Part shown: positions 9,601 to 17,890 of the stretch, piece by piece
Layout of the letters: each line of letters starts with the position of its first letter
How positions within the stretch are numbered: the stretch's first letter is position 1
Source of the DNA: a virus
Reading direction: 5' to 3' (one strand)
DNA length: 64,000 nucleotides
Virus record (IMG/VR): IMGVR_UViG_3300006931_000002
Coordinates: 1 to 64,000 of that record
The notes under the pieces: generated by a model
Told to the model about the DNA's origin: nothing
What the model saw: the letters and a program-made list of their open reading frames with translations, nothing else
Database searches by the model: none
Program-made: the position numbers and the translations under genes

Positions 9601-10981
9601 GACCGCAGGCGGCGGATTCTCCCACTTCGGCGGGCAGTCGATCATCTTCGACGGGGCGGCGGCGCTGTACCTCAACCCGACGCCGGGGACGAGCCCGCCG
9701 TACACCACGGACATTCTGAACCTGTCCGCAGCGAACGATGCGAACTTCCTCGGCGGCCCGTACAGTTTCGACCTGTTCTTCGGCCAGGACGGGACGACGA
9801 CACCGTCCAACGCGCCACTGTTCTGCCAGTTGGACGCCTCCGGCGCTAAGACGGGGATCGAAATCGTGGTGGGTCGGACCGTCGCCCAACAGTTGACCCT
9901 CTACGTGGGCGGAACGAAAGTCTACGAGTCGACAGGTGGGATTCTGCTCGGCGGCAACTTCGGCAACTACGTCTGCGTCACCGTGTCAGTGTTTGGTGTT
10001 GTCACCCTGTATGCAGGCAACTATGCGAACTGGCTGACCGACGGCACCCATAACTATCTGTGGCAGGGCGCGGTGTCTGGTTTCGGCAACCAGGTCGCCC
10101 ATACTGTCCTCGGCGGCGATTGGATTGGTACGACTGCGACCGGAAACTTTTACAACGGCTACGTCTCCCATGTGGCGTTCTACAACAAGGAGCTGACCTA
10201 CGACCGGGTGAACGCCCACTGGGCGGTCGGGGTCCACGGCGGATACCCGTTGGAGACGACCGGCTCCCGGGTGCAGCGGCTGCTGAACTACTGGGGTTGG
10301 CCGGCGAACTATCGGTCGGTCATGTCCGGTTGGACGTACGCCGGGTCGGCCGGCACCTATGGACTGTCTGGGCTTTCCGGCCAGTCGGCGTTGGACGCCT
10401 TGCAGGATCAGGGTGAGGCCGAACATGGCCAGGTGTACAGCCTGGCCGACGGTACCCCGGTCTTTGAGGATCGGAAATATCGGCCGTCACAGGTGCTGCC
10501 GGTGAACGTGTTCGATCCCTATGGTGATCTGCCGTACCAGTTGGACGGGTTGGAGGTCGACAACGATCCGACCTATATTTACAACCAGGTGACGATCACT
10601 CGGGATGGTGGCGCGGTCGCCTCCGTGTCGGATGCCACGTCTGTGCGGAAACATTTCCCCCGCACCTACTCGGCGACGATCAAAACCCAGTTTGATGAGG
10701 ATGCGGCAGATCGAGCGCAGCTCATTCTGCGGCAGTATTCGACGCCCCGGTCGAGGTTGGCTGCGTTTACCGTCGAACCGTCGGCGAATCCGAATGTTCT
10801 GTTCGCGCCGACGCTGGCGATGGACATTTCGGATCTGAACCGGGTGTGGGTTCGCCCGGTGGGCGCGCCGGCTTGGAGTTTTGACGGCTACGTCGACGCG
10901 CTGAGCCACAGCATTGTTGTGGAGCCGGGGAGTCAGTCGTGGACGGTGACCTGCCAGCTTTCCCCTGTCCTACCCGACTAG
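6614..10981 (+). CDS. Giant minor tail/tail-tip protein: right-handed beta-helix, CBM-like domain, LamG domain and tail-hub region
   Basis: Follows tape measure; Asn/Gly beta-helix repeats; WTDISRYVR/GRFEAGTASIVVDNTGGRFD; YPLNEP and GYVSHVAFYNKELT (LamG-like); IYNQVTITRDGG hub motif. Start could also be 6584. Confidence 0.8.
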   Translation: MAVALDSSSPSAVSVATGSAVPASFTAPAGAVIVVVAAMAGTSTAAAVGSYVYDTAGSSWLRLGYQPPTATTAETVMWATIARSRTARTVTVVGAADNSHAKFVQVLVFTGADLSATFPQVVTGVGNPSSTTTTTTTTTSSSVGNYYGGDTDVNNTTAYPNSVIMPSALPIPAGAVRIPAGSNIASAASSHGAGTVFVLDAGTYSGGYTVVPNPGQQFYGQGAGKTILSNIQIHRGSSATTNIGIFNLTLRDVGPNTSQRGAIDSCFSENQTASGWHVANCEITNNYIGIQLGPNFLLENCTLHHNGGKAIGDGEQGSVIRYNQFFNNLTPGANNYYDSGADDSNVKMALQTGATWIGNLISHGNPSGLSSRTYGGIGGHGVWQDVSCGINPADRTGSYPSFGNVYDSNIIYSNCSAGICDETGGNNVFKNNLIVGNAHGVTLDGFRICGLAIQSSNHDTVQNNYIWNNGGNSVIIYMDQYGGDRSDANRSKNNSVIGNTIDVAPIQQTGQWSGGSGNNTISGNTVVPGFSGVKVPTLLAGPQATTGTGTGGGGGTPSGPTALMAQSMTCTRTGSQMWAVYADTAGGAAPTLDNGARYSAIPGGMTGAVLDRTGPFTAGNTMAISTTAPYGNISWLAFEIVPAVSTGGGGGGTGGSGIGGGGIGVVGSTTWPQVVVEAGFGLDPTSPLTYPPIIGDSATFARSIGKWKNSSNAYLILGQNFAPAPYRNCLLVTAQADGDVTVNMDTGAGTIVPGVEYTITLRLRSGLTPRSGLVEADWKDATGSTLINYTQVAFTDSATGWTTVTVTSTPGSTASRLVLLVAWSGMVAGEQHEVAGIESSTAYRWTDISRYVRGLDLARSSRQYELGRFEAGTASIVVDNTGGRFDSNNPDGPYYPDLEPIVPIRVKALWLGSTYPLWSGFVERWPQTWSDPALSEPTITCVDSLAALSQGTLRTTYEQEVLLDGPVSFYPLNEPQSASGGGDVISAGSLAVVQSPTAGGGFSHFGGQSIIFDGAAALYLNPTPGTSPPYTTDILNLSAANDANFLGGPYSFDLFFGQDGTTTPSNAPLFCQLDASGAKTGIEIVVGRTVAQQLTLYVGGTKVYESTGGILLGGNFGNYVCVTVSVFGVVTLYAGNYANWLTDGTHNYLWQGAVSGFGNQVAHTVLGGDWIGTTATGNFYNGYVSHVAFYNKELTYDRVNAHWAVGVHGGYPLETTGSRVQRLLNYWGWPANYRSVMSGWTYAGSAGTYGLSGLSGQSALDALQDQGEAEHGQVYSLADGTPVFEDRKYRPSQVLPVNVFDPYGDLPYQLDGLEVDNDPTYIYNQVTITRDGGAVASVSDATSVRKHFPRTYSATIKTQFDEDAADRAQLILRQYSTPRSRLAAFTVEPSANPNVLFAPTLAMDISDLNRVWVRPVGAPAWSFDGYVDALSHSIVVEPGSQSWTVTCQLSPVLPD

Positions 10982-10999
10982 CGTCCGGATCGGCTGCCC

Positions 11000-11401
11000 A
11001 TGATTGCCGTCCTCGCCGCTGCGGCTGTGGCTGCGGACAGTCCTCCCGCGGATGTGCTGTCCCAGATTTTGGGCTACGGCGTTCTGGGGATCGTGGTTGT
11101 GCTGCTGCTGACGCGGATGCTGGTGCCCGGCTGGGTGGTGTCCCGGGAGGACTCCGCCCATCGGGACGAGTTGGACGCCCGCGACACGGCGCATCAGCGT
11201 GAGGTTGCGGCGCTCCAGCAGACGATCGCCCAGCAGGACTCGGAGATCGCCGCGCTGCGGTCAGGGCTTGACACCACGTCGGCGTTTGTACGCGACCAGG
11301 TTGTTCCCGCGCTGACCAGATCCACGGATGCGCTTGTCCGCTCCAACGATCTGGCCCGGGAGCATCTGCACGAGTTGGCGAGGCGGGCGGGCACCTCGTG
11401 A
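11000..11401 (+). CDS. Membrane/coiled-coil protein, holin-like
   Basis: TM segment ILGYGVLGIVVVLLL followed by a coiled coil. Confidence 0.5.
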   Translation: MIAVLAAAAVAADSPPADVLSQILGYGVLGIVVVLLLTRMLVPGWVVSREDSAHRDELDARDTAHQREVAALQQTIAQQDSEIAALRSGLDTTSAFVRDQVVPALTRSTDALVRSNDLAREHLHELARRAGTS

Positions 11402-11598
11402 GCGATGAGGCGGTGCGGATGCCGACAGCCGTGCTTCCGCCCGCCTCCGCACGCCGTTTGAGGGCGATTTCGTCGCTTTTGTCGGATGCCGGGGAGGTCT
11501 ACGAGGACCTTCTCGATCAGCTCGCGCTCCACGAGTCGGTGATCAGGGAACTGGTCGCCCGTGTCCATCCGGAGGGGGCGGACGATGCCGCAGGTTGA
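11398..11598 (+). CDS. Hypothetical protein
   Basis: GTGA overlap with the upstream gene. Confidence 0.5.
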   Translation: MSDEAVRMPTAVLPPASARRLRAISSLLSDAGEVYEDLLDQLALHESVIRELVARVHPEGADDAAG

Positions 11599-12157
11599 GG
11601 CGACACGGCAGCTCACTGCGGCGGTCGACCGGTTGTCCTCCGGGCAGCATGAGATCACCGAAACGCTGCGTGGGGTTCGGGCCGCGACGGAGGAACTGTC
11701 CCGCGAGGTGGCGGCGGACCGGGAGGAATACACCCGGCGGCTGTCGGAGGCGGCGCAGCGGACCGAGGTGGCCACACAGGTTCGGGGTACCCGTCGGCGG
11801 ATTGTCGCCGTGCTGGTGGTGCTGCTGGTCGTCCTTGGCGGTGTGGCGTCGACGGGCTATGTGCTGGTGACGCGGGCTCGGGATGCGGCGGCGACCCGCG
11901 CGCAGTTTGATGCGCTGGCCCGGGAGCGGGCCGCGAACTGCCAGGTGTCGCAGGCGCGTACCGCGGATGAGGTTGCGTTTGTGCGGGGTGAGCTTGCCGC
12001 TGATCAGGCGGCGTTGGCGTTGCTGACGGGCCCGGCGGCGTCGGACAACGCGAGGTCGTTTGCGCACACCGTGTTCGACGGGCGTATCGGCGCCGAGCAG
12101 ACGTTTCTGCGGACCTATCCGGCCGCGCCGCTGACCTGCACCGTTCCCACCCGATGA
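11585..12157 (+). CDS. Single-pass membrane protein with coiled coils
   Basis: GGAGGG RBS; RRRIVAVLVVLLVVLGG TM segment. Confidence 0.55.
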   Translation: MPQVEATRQLTAAVDRLSSGQHEITETLRGVRAATEELSREVAADREEYTRRLSEAAQRTEVATQVRGTRRRIVAVLVVLLVVLGGVASTGYVLVTRARDAAATRAQFDALARERAANCQVSQARTADEVAFVRGELAADQAALALLTGPAASDNARSFAHTVFDGRIGAEQTFLRTYPAAPLTCTVPTR

Positions 12158-12221
12158 TCTTTTCTCTCGCCCCGGCCGACCGCGCCGGGGTGTTTTGACG
12201 TGCCCAAAACCGGAGGGCTCG

Positions 12222-13700
12222 ATGACCGTCTTTCAAGGAACCGTTGCCGCTGTTGACAGTCAGGGTCGGCCGTCGGTGCAGCTCGGCCCGCTGACCGCGG
12301 TCGCCGCTGCGTCTGGGGTCACTCCTACTGTCGGCGATCTGGTGTGGGTGCTGATGGATGGGACATCGGTGTCGTGGCTGCCTGGGCCGCAGCCGGCGCC
12401 CACGAACCCTGGTCAGGGTGGCGGTTCAGGTGGGACCACTGATCCGGGCGGGTCGGGGGGGTCGGGTGGGACGGGCGGGTCGACGCCGCCGGCGGATGGC
12501 GTCTACTGGGGTGGCACCACCAACTTGGCGGACACGTCGGCGTGGCCGGATCGGGTGCTGATGCCCGCGCCGCTGGCGATCCCGTCGGGCGCTGTGCCGA
12601 TCCCCGCCGGGGCGAACATCAACAGCTACGCGCAGGGCAACCCTGCGGGGACTGTGTTCGCCTTGGCCGCAGGCACCTACACGGGCCCGTATGTGGTGTA
12701 CCCGAAGGCCGGGCAGCAGTTCTACGGCGCGGGCGCGGGCGTGACGATCACGAACAACGTGTGGTGGACGAACCCGGACTCGTCCGCCACTGGCGTCGGC
12801 ATCTTCAACATGACCATCGCGAACTGCTCCGGTAAGAGCCCGGTCGGCTACTACTACTCGGCCATCGAGACCAACGGCCGCGGCGCCCGCCCAGGCGCGT
12901 CCGGTTGGCATGTCGCGAACTGTGAGCTGACCGGGAGCTACACCGGTTTCGGGCTGGGCGACCGGTCGCTGATCGAGCACTCGACAGTGCATCACAACCA
13001 GGCCCACGGGATCATGGGCGGCGGCGCCGGGTCTGTCGTCCGCTACAACCAGTTCTACGCCAACTTCACTTCCGCGGCGGTCGACACCGGTCCCGGTGAC
13101 AATGGCGGGATCAAGATGGCGCTGATGACCGGCGCCACCTGGACCGGGAATCTGATCCACAAGGCGAACCCGGCCGGAATCTCGTATGGCGGTATCGGCG
13201 GCCCGGGGCTGTGGATGGATGTGTCCTGCGGGCTGACCGGCGACCATGTGTCCGCGTCTCCGGCCAGCGGGAACACGTTCACCGGGAACCTGATCTACTC
13301 GAACTACGGCTCGGGGATCTGCGACGAGACCGGCGGCAACAACACGTTCGTCGGGAACCTGATCGCCGGCAACGGCAAGGGCGCCAGGTTGGACCCGTGG
13401 CGGGCCGCCGGGCTCGTCATCCAGTCCAGCAACCACGACAGTGCGACGGGTAACTACCTCTGGGGCAACCCAGCTAGCGTGACGATCTACCTGGATCAGA
13501 ACGGCGGCGACAGGTCGGACGCGCGGCGGTCGATGTTCAACACCATCACCGGCAACTGGTGCGACGTCGCGCCCGGACAGCTCACCGGCACATGGTCCGG
13601 AGGGTCCGGGAACAACACCATCTCGGGCAACACGGTTACGGCCGGGCTTGCTGGGGTGACGATCCCGAAGGTCAAGGCGGGCCCGCAGACGCTCGCCTAA
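12222..13700 (+). CDS. Right-handed beta-helix protein (tailspike/depolymerase-like), paralog of the N-terminal domain of 6614-10981
   Basis: GGAGGG RBS; shared motifs GICDETGGNN, IQSSNHD, WSGGSGNNTISGNTV. Confidence 0.75.
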   Translation: MTVFQGTVAAVDSQGRPSVQLGPLTAVAAASGVTPTVGDLVWVLMDGTSVSWLPGPQPAPTNPGQGGGSGGTTDPGGSGGSGGTGGSTPPADGVYWGGTTNLADTSAWPDRVLMPAPLAIPSGAVPIPAGANINSYAQGNPAGTVFALAAGTYTGPYVVYPKAGQQFYGAGAGVTITNNVWWTNPDSSATGVGIFNMTIANCSGKSPVGYYYSAIETNGRGARPGASGWHVANCELTGSYTGFGLGDRSLIEHSTVHHNQAHGIMGGGAGSVVRYNQFYANFTSAAVDTGPGDNGGIKMALMTGATWTGNLIHKANPAGISYGGIGGPGLWMDVSCGLTGDHVSASPASGNTFTGNLIYSNYGSGICDETGGNNTFVGNLIAGNGKGARLDPWRAAGLVIQSSNHDSATGNYLWGNPASVTIYLDQNGGDRSDARRSMFNTITGNWCDVAPGQLTGTWSGGSGNNTISGNTVTAGLAGVTIPKVKAGPQTLA

Positions 13701-13714
13701 TCTAGTGGCCGACG

Positions 13715-13748
13715 AAAGGCCGGACCATCTTCGGATGGTCCGGCCTTT
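13715..13748. terminator. Bidirectional intrinsic terminator
   Basis: AAAGGCCGGACCATC-TTCG-GATGGTCCGGCCTTTT between convergent genes; cUUCGg loop. Confidence 0.9.
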
Positions 13749-13761
13749 TGCGTGCTTGTGG

Positions 13762-14307
13762 TCAGACCGACGCAGCCGTTAGTGGGCCGTCCCCCTCGGT
13801 CGGGTCAAGTACCAGCGCAACGTCGAGCAGTCGTCGGATGGCTTCGGCCCGGGTGACGCCGTACTTCGCCGCCTGTGCGTCGACCTGCGCAAGCCTCTCC
13901 TCGCCGAGCGCGGTCGTGACCCGGCCGCCGATCTCGGGCCGACCGATGACGGCCGGGCCAGCCTCCTCCTCATGCTCGCCGAAGAAGCGCGCTAGCTCCT
14001 CCTCCGACTCGTTTCGCATCAGCCAGTCGCGGGCCGCCTCGTCGGCGATGAACTCGTAGGTCTCGGCGACACCCTGCCACTGCGACCAGTGGTTGAGCAC
14101 CCACCGGCCCTTGGCGGTGCGGAACAGCGCCTCATGCTCGAACTTGCCTGTTACCAAGCTGACCATGTTGTTGCCGTCCCACCGCTCGTTCTCCACGATG
14201 CGGACGGCCTTGGAGTCGTCGAACCAGCCGGCCAGGCGCGGCTTCGCGTCACGGTCGAGGTCGTAGTCCTGTTCGGTGACGGGCTCGTAGACGTTGATGC
14301 GGGCCAT
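13762..14307 (-). CDS. Moron-like protein with C-terminal ribbon-helix-helix domain
   Basis: VTTALGEERLAQVDAQAAKYGVTRAEAIRRLL (CopG-like); own promoter and terminator. Confidence 0.7.
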   Translation of the reverse strand: MARINVYEPVTEQDYDLDRDAKPRLAGWFDDSKAVRIVENERWDGNNMVSLVTGKFEHEALFRTAKGRWVLNHWSQWQGVAETYEFIADEAARDWLMRNESEEELARFFGEHEEEAGPAVIGRPEIGGRVTTALGEERLAQVDAQAAKYGVTRAEAIRRLLDVALVLDPTEGDGPLTAASV

Positions 14308-14333
14308 CTTGATCCCCCCTAAGTTGGTATTTC

Positions 14334-14374
14334 CGACATCGTCAATACTAAGCGATGTCGTCTCCGCGGGTCAA
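14334..14374 (-). promoter_or_regulatory. Housekeeping-type promoter with operator palindrome
   Basis: TTGACC-N18-TAGTAT on the minus strand; CGACATCG-N11-CGATGTCG straddles the -10. Confidence 0.7.
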
Positions 14375-14385
14375 GGGGGCGCGAC

Positions 14386-15480
14386 TTGCCTCCCGACTTT
14401 GCTGACATAGCCAGCTACCAGGCTGGCGCCAACCTCGCCACCTACAGGGCGTCAGGCCCGGACCGCATCCTCATCAAGGCGTCGCAGGGTGTCAGCGGCA
14501 CGCCGAACCCCTACTTCCCCGACTGGTGGAACACGGCAGGCAGCGTCGGACTGGTCCGAGGTGCCTACCACTTCGCCACCACCGGCCACACCCCAGCCGA
14601 CGAGGCGTCCAACTTCCTCGCCAAGGTCCAAGCCGCGGGCGGTGTCGGCCCTACCGACTGGCTGTGTATCGACGCCGAGTCGCCGAGCAACCCGACGTTT
14701 GCCCACGGCGCCTACATCGCCGCCATCGTCACAGCCCTAGTCAGTGCTGGCCACACATCCGGGGTCATCTACTCCGGCACTTGGTGGCTACGCCCGGCCG
14801 GGCTCACCGCGGCGATGCTGCCCCCCGGCTGGCGCCAGCTTCACATCGCCGACTACTCAACGACCCCTGACGGTTCGATCGGCCTGCCGCCCGGGTGGAC
14901 GCGGGATCAGATCGTGGCCCGCCAGTACACGTCGGCCGCCACCCAGCCGGGGATTCCCGGCCCCTCGGACCGATCTCGCGTCCTGCACGAATGGCTACCC
15001 GTCTTTGGAGGTCTCGTGCTCGACGACCCCACGGCCAACCAGCTTGTCGGCCTCGTCCAGAAGGCGCTCAACACCGGCACTGGCGTCGGACAGCAGGACT
15101 GGGCGTCAACCAACCGGATGCTGCTGTCGCTGGCCCAGTCGCTGTTCAACCAGAACAACATGCTGATGCAGGCGCTGGGCTGGAACAAGGGCGACCTGTC
15201 ATTGGCCGCCCGGTCGGATGCGCTCGCCTCCGAACTCGGCCAGGTCGTCGACTACCTCGGCCCGACCGGTGAGGTAGTGACTGCGCTGAACGCGATCGCC
15301 CAGCAGCTTGTCGCCGTTCTGGGCGCCATCAAGGCGCTGCCCGTGTCGACCGCGGGTGGGGTGGACCTGACGCCTGTGCTGTCGCGTCTGGACGCGCTGG
15401 CGGGCGCGCTGACTGGGCTGACGTTGCGGGCCGTTCTGCCACCCGCGACCGCGACCGCGCTGGTTCGGCCGCAGGTCTGA
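14386..15480 (+). CDS. Endolysin, GH25 muramidase
   Basis: DIASYQ, IKASQG, RGAYHF, catalytic DxE (IDAE), RQYTS. Confidence 0.9.
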   Translation: MPPDFADIASYQAGANLATYRASGPDRILIKASQGVSGTPNPYFPDWWNTAGSVGLVRGAYHFATTGHTPADEASNFLAKVQAAGGVGPTDWLCIDAESPSNPTFAHGAYIAAIVTALVSAGHTSGVIYSGTWWLRPAGLTAAMLPPGWRQLHIADYSTTPDGSIGLPPGWTRDQIVARQYTSAATQPGIPGPSDRSRVLHEWLPVFGGLVLDDPTANQLVGLVQKALNTGTGVGQQDWASTNRMLLSLAQSLFNQNNMLMQALGWNKGDLSLAARSDALASELGQVVDYLGPTGEVVTALNAIAQQLVAVLGAIKALPVSTAGGVDLTPVLSRLDALAGALTGLTLRAVLPPATATALVRPQV

Positions 15481-15492
15481 CCCGTCTCTTTC

Positions 15493-15520
15493 AGCCCTCG
15501 GTCTCCGGCCGGGGGCTTTC
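15493..15520 (+). terminator. Hairpin after the lysin gene
   Basis: AGCCCTCGG...CCGGGGGCTTT. Confidence 0.55.
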
Positions 15521-15548
15521 TCATGTGCTCTCACGGAGGCCGCAACCC

Positions 15549-16820
15549 ATGACCGCTCGCACGCCCTACCTCCGCCGCCCCCGCGCGTCCGCGTCTCCGC
15601 AGCCGCTGACCTTCGCCCAAGTTGCGAAGGCGTACCGGTTTCCGACCGTCAGGGCCGACGGTTCGCCGCTGACCGGCGCCGGGCAGAAGGTGGCGATCGT
15701 CGAACTCGGCGGCGCCTACTCGCCGACCGACCTGGCCGCGTTCTGCCGGGCGAACGGCATCCCGATACCGAAGGTGACTGCCACCGCGGTCGGCGGGGCG
15801 TCGATCGTTTCCGATCCGGGTGGCGCCAACGTCGAAGTGATGCTCGACGTCGAGGCGGTCGCCGCGGTCGCTCCTGGCGCCGAGATTCTGATCTTCTTCG
15901 GTGACAACTCCGATGCCGGGTTCCTCGCCGCGTTCAAGGCGGCGATCCAGTCGGGTGCCATCGCCGTGTCCTGCTCGTGGGGTGGTCCCGCCTCCCAGTG
16001 GGACCCGGCGACGATGCGGCAGTACGACGCCCTGTTCGCCCAGGCGCTGGCCGCGGGGACGATTGTCTGCTGCGCTGCGGGCGACGCCGGCATGGACGAC
16101 GGCACCAGTTCGCCGGTCGCCGACTTCCCCGCCGCGAGCCCTCATGTGCTGGCCTGCGGAGGGACCCGGCTGACGGTCAACCGGGATGGCACCCGCGCGT
16201 CTGAGACCGTGTGGGATGACGCGGCGAACGACGCGACCGGCGGCGGCGTGTCCACCCTGTTCCCCGCGCCTGCCTGGCAAACCGGCACTGGCACCACGAT
16301 GCGGGCGATCCCCGACGTGGCGGGCAACGCCGACCCCCAGTCCGGCTTCGAGATTGTCGCCGACGGCCAGTCGACCACGGTTGGTGGTACGAGCGGTGTC
16401 GCACCGATCTACGCCGCACTGTTCGCCCTGTTCGGCGAGCTGGGTGTCAGCGCTTCGGTGCTCGCCGAGTTCTTCGCGATCCTGTATGGCAACACGCGGG
16501 CGCTCACCGACATCACCGCGGGCGGTCAGGGCGATGTGTACCCGCCGTCGACCGGATACGACGAGTCGACCGGGCTTGGTGTGGTCATCGGGACGGCGCT
16601 CGCCGCGGTGCTTCTCGGCAGCACAACCCCGCCACCGGTTACCCCTCCGGCTCCAGTTCCCCCACCGGCTCCGGTGCCGCCGGCCGATGACGCCGATGTG
16701 GTGCTGTGGCGGCAGGTCCACACGTGGGCGCATGAACACCATGTCGGCCAGACCGCGGCTGTCGCCCATGCGCTGCGGACGTGGGCGGCTGTCCGGGGCT
16801 ACCACCGGGCCGCAGCCTGA
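15549..16820 (+). CDS. S53 (sedolisin/kumamolisin-like) peptidase lacking a prodomain
   Basis: GGAGG RBS; EVMLD (catalytic E/D), AAGDAG (oxyanion D), GGTS (catalytic S), DITAG/GYDESTGLG Ca-site region. Confidence 0.9.
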   Translation: MTARTPYLRRPRASASPQPLTFAQVAKAYRFPTVRADGSPLTGAGQKVAIVELGGAYSPTDLAAFCRANGIPIPKVTATAVGGASIVSDPGGANVEVMLDVEAVAAVAPGAEILIFFGDNSDAGFLAAFKAAIQSGAIAVSCSWGGPASQWDPATMRQYDALFAQALAAGTIVCCAAGDAGMDDGTSSPVADFPAASPHVLACGGTRLTVNRDGTRASETVWDDAANDATGGGVSTLFPAPAWQTGTGTTMRAIPDVAGNADPQSGFEIVADGQSTTVGGTSGVAPIYAALFALFGELGVSASVLAEFFAILYGNTRALTDITAGGQGDVYPPSTGYDESTGLGVVIGTALAAVLLGSTTPPPVTPPAPVPPPAPVPPADDADVVLWRQVHTWAHEHHVGQTAAVAHALRTWAAVRGYHRAAA

Positions 16821-17479
16821 TGGGCCGGCGGCTCGGGGTGCTTCTGGCCTGCGTACTGCTGGCCGTGCTCGCGGTCGGCTGTGGCAGCTCGCCGCAGCCG
16901 TCGGCGCTGCCCGTCCGGCCGATCCGTAGCCCGACCGCAACCCCGGCACCCTCCCCAACTGCCCCATCCGGGTCGATTCCGGTCGCCGGGCCGATCCCGG
17001 CCGAAGGGCCAGGTGGCTGGCAGGTCACCTATCCGGCGCACTGTGTTGCCCGTGACAGCGACGAGCTGCCCGATCCGGCCTGTACACCGGGTGCGATCAA
17101 CCCGGATGTCACCCAGGCCAACATCCACCAGACGATCTGCGTGTCCGGGTGGACGGCGACAGTCCGCCCACCGCTGGCCTACACGTCGAAGGTCAAGGGC
17201 CTCGCGATCAGGGCGTACGGCTCCTACGCCGGCTCGTCGTTCGGCGCCTACGAACTCGACCACCTCGTGCCCCTCGAACTCGGCGGGGCGCCATGGGACA
17301 TCCGAAACCTGTGGGCGTCCACCCCGGCGTCGCCAAATCAGAAGGACTCGGTCGAATACGCGGCCCGGCAGGCCGTCTGCGCCGGGCGGATGACACTCGT
17401 CGCCGCCCAGCAGGCCATCGCCGTCAACTGGGTCGCGTTGGGCCACCGGCTCGGCGTCGCCGGCATTCCCGCTTCCTGA
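16820..17479 (+). CDS. Lipoprotein with HNH-like domain
   Basis: Lipobox LAVGC; LPDPACTPGA; YELDHLVPLELGG...NLW. Confidence 0.7.
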   Translation: MGRRLGVLLACVLLAVLAVGCGSSPQPSALPVRPIRSPTATPAPSPTAPSGSIPVAGPIPAEGPGGWQVTYPAHCVARDSDELPDPACTPGAINPDVTQANIHQTICVSGWTATVRPPLAYTSKVKGLAIRAYGSYAGSSFGAYELDHLVPLELGGAPWDIRNLWASTPASPNQKDSVEYAARQAVCAGRMTLVAAQQAIAVNWVALGHRLGVAGIPAS

Positions 17480-17516
17480 CCTTCACCACGACCGCCCCGG
17501 AAAGGGGATCATCATC

Positions 17517-17777
17517 ATGTCCAAGACGTTCCTCGTCGACCTTGCCGAACGTGTCGCCTCCACGTTCGGCGTCGCGTTCTTCGGCCTGCTCGTCTCGTCG
17601 GGCTTCTTCTCGCTGCCGCACATCACCGACGTGTCGATCGTCGAGAAGGCGGCGATGGCCGGCGTCGCCGCCGTCCTGTCCCTGTTGAAGGGGCTCGTCG
17701 CCAAGTGGGTGTCGTCCCCGACGCTGGCGTCGTTCGCCGGCAAGACGATCAGCCTGGAACTGCGGAAGATGCAGTAG
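17517..17777 (+). CDS. Holin, r1t-like
   Basis: FLVDLAERVASTF N-terminus; two TM segments; 86 aa. Confidence 0.8.
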   Translation: MSKTFLVDLAERVASTFGVAFFGLLVSSGFFSLPHITDVSIVEKAAMAGVAAVLSLLKGLVAKWVSSPTLASFAGKTISLELRKMQ

Positions 17778-17820
17778 TCCGACCGGCGAGGCATTCCGCC
17801 TCAGACCTCAGCACTCACCG

Positions 17821-17871
17821 AACCGGCCCGCCACCTTCCCGCACTCTCGCGGCTGGGTGGCGGGCCGGTTT
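17821..17871. terminator. Hairpin ending the late operon
   Basis: AACCGGCCCGCCACC ... GGTGGCGGGCCGGTT, 15-bp stem. Confidence 0.75.
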
Positions 17872-17890
17872 CGTCATGCCCGAAAGTGGG

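Noticed and set aside
7060-13700. Diversity-generating retroelement (TR/VR pair) in the duplicated AAC-rich beta-helix genes
   Set aside because: Differences are not adenine-specific and include many synonymous changes and indels; no reverse transcriptase in the window
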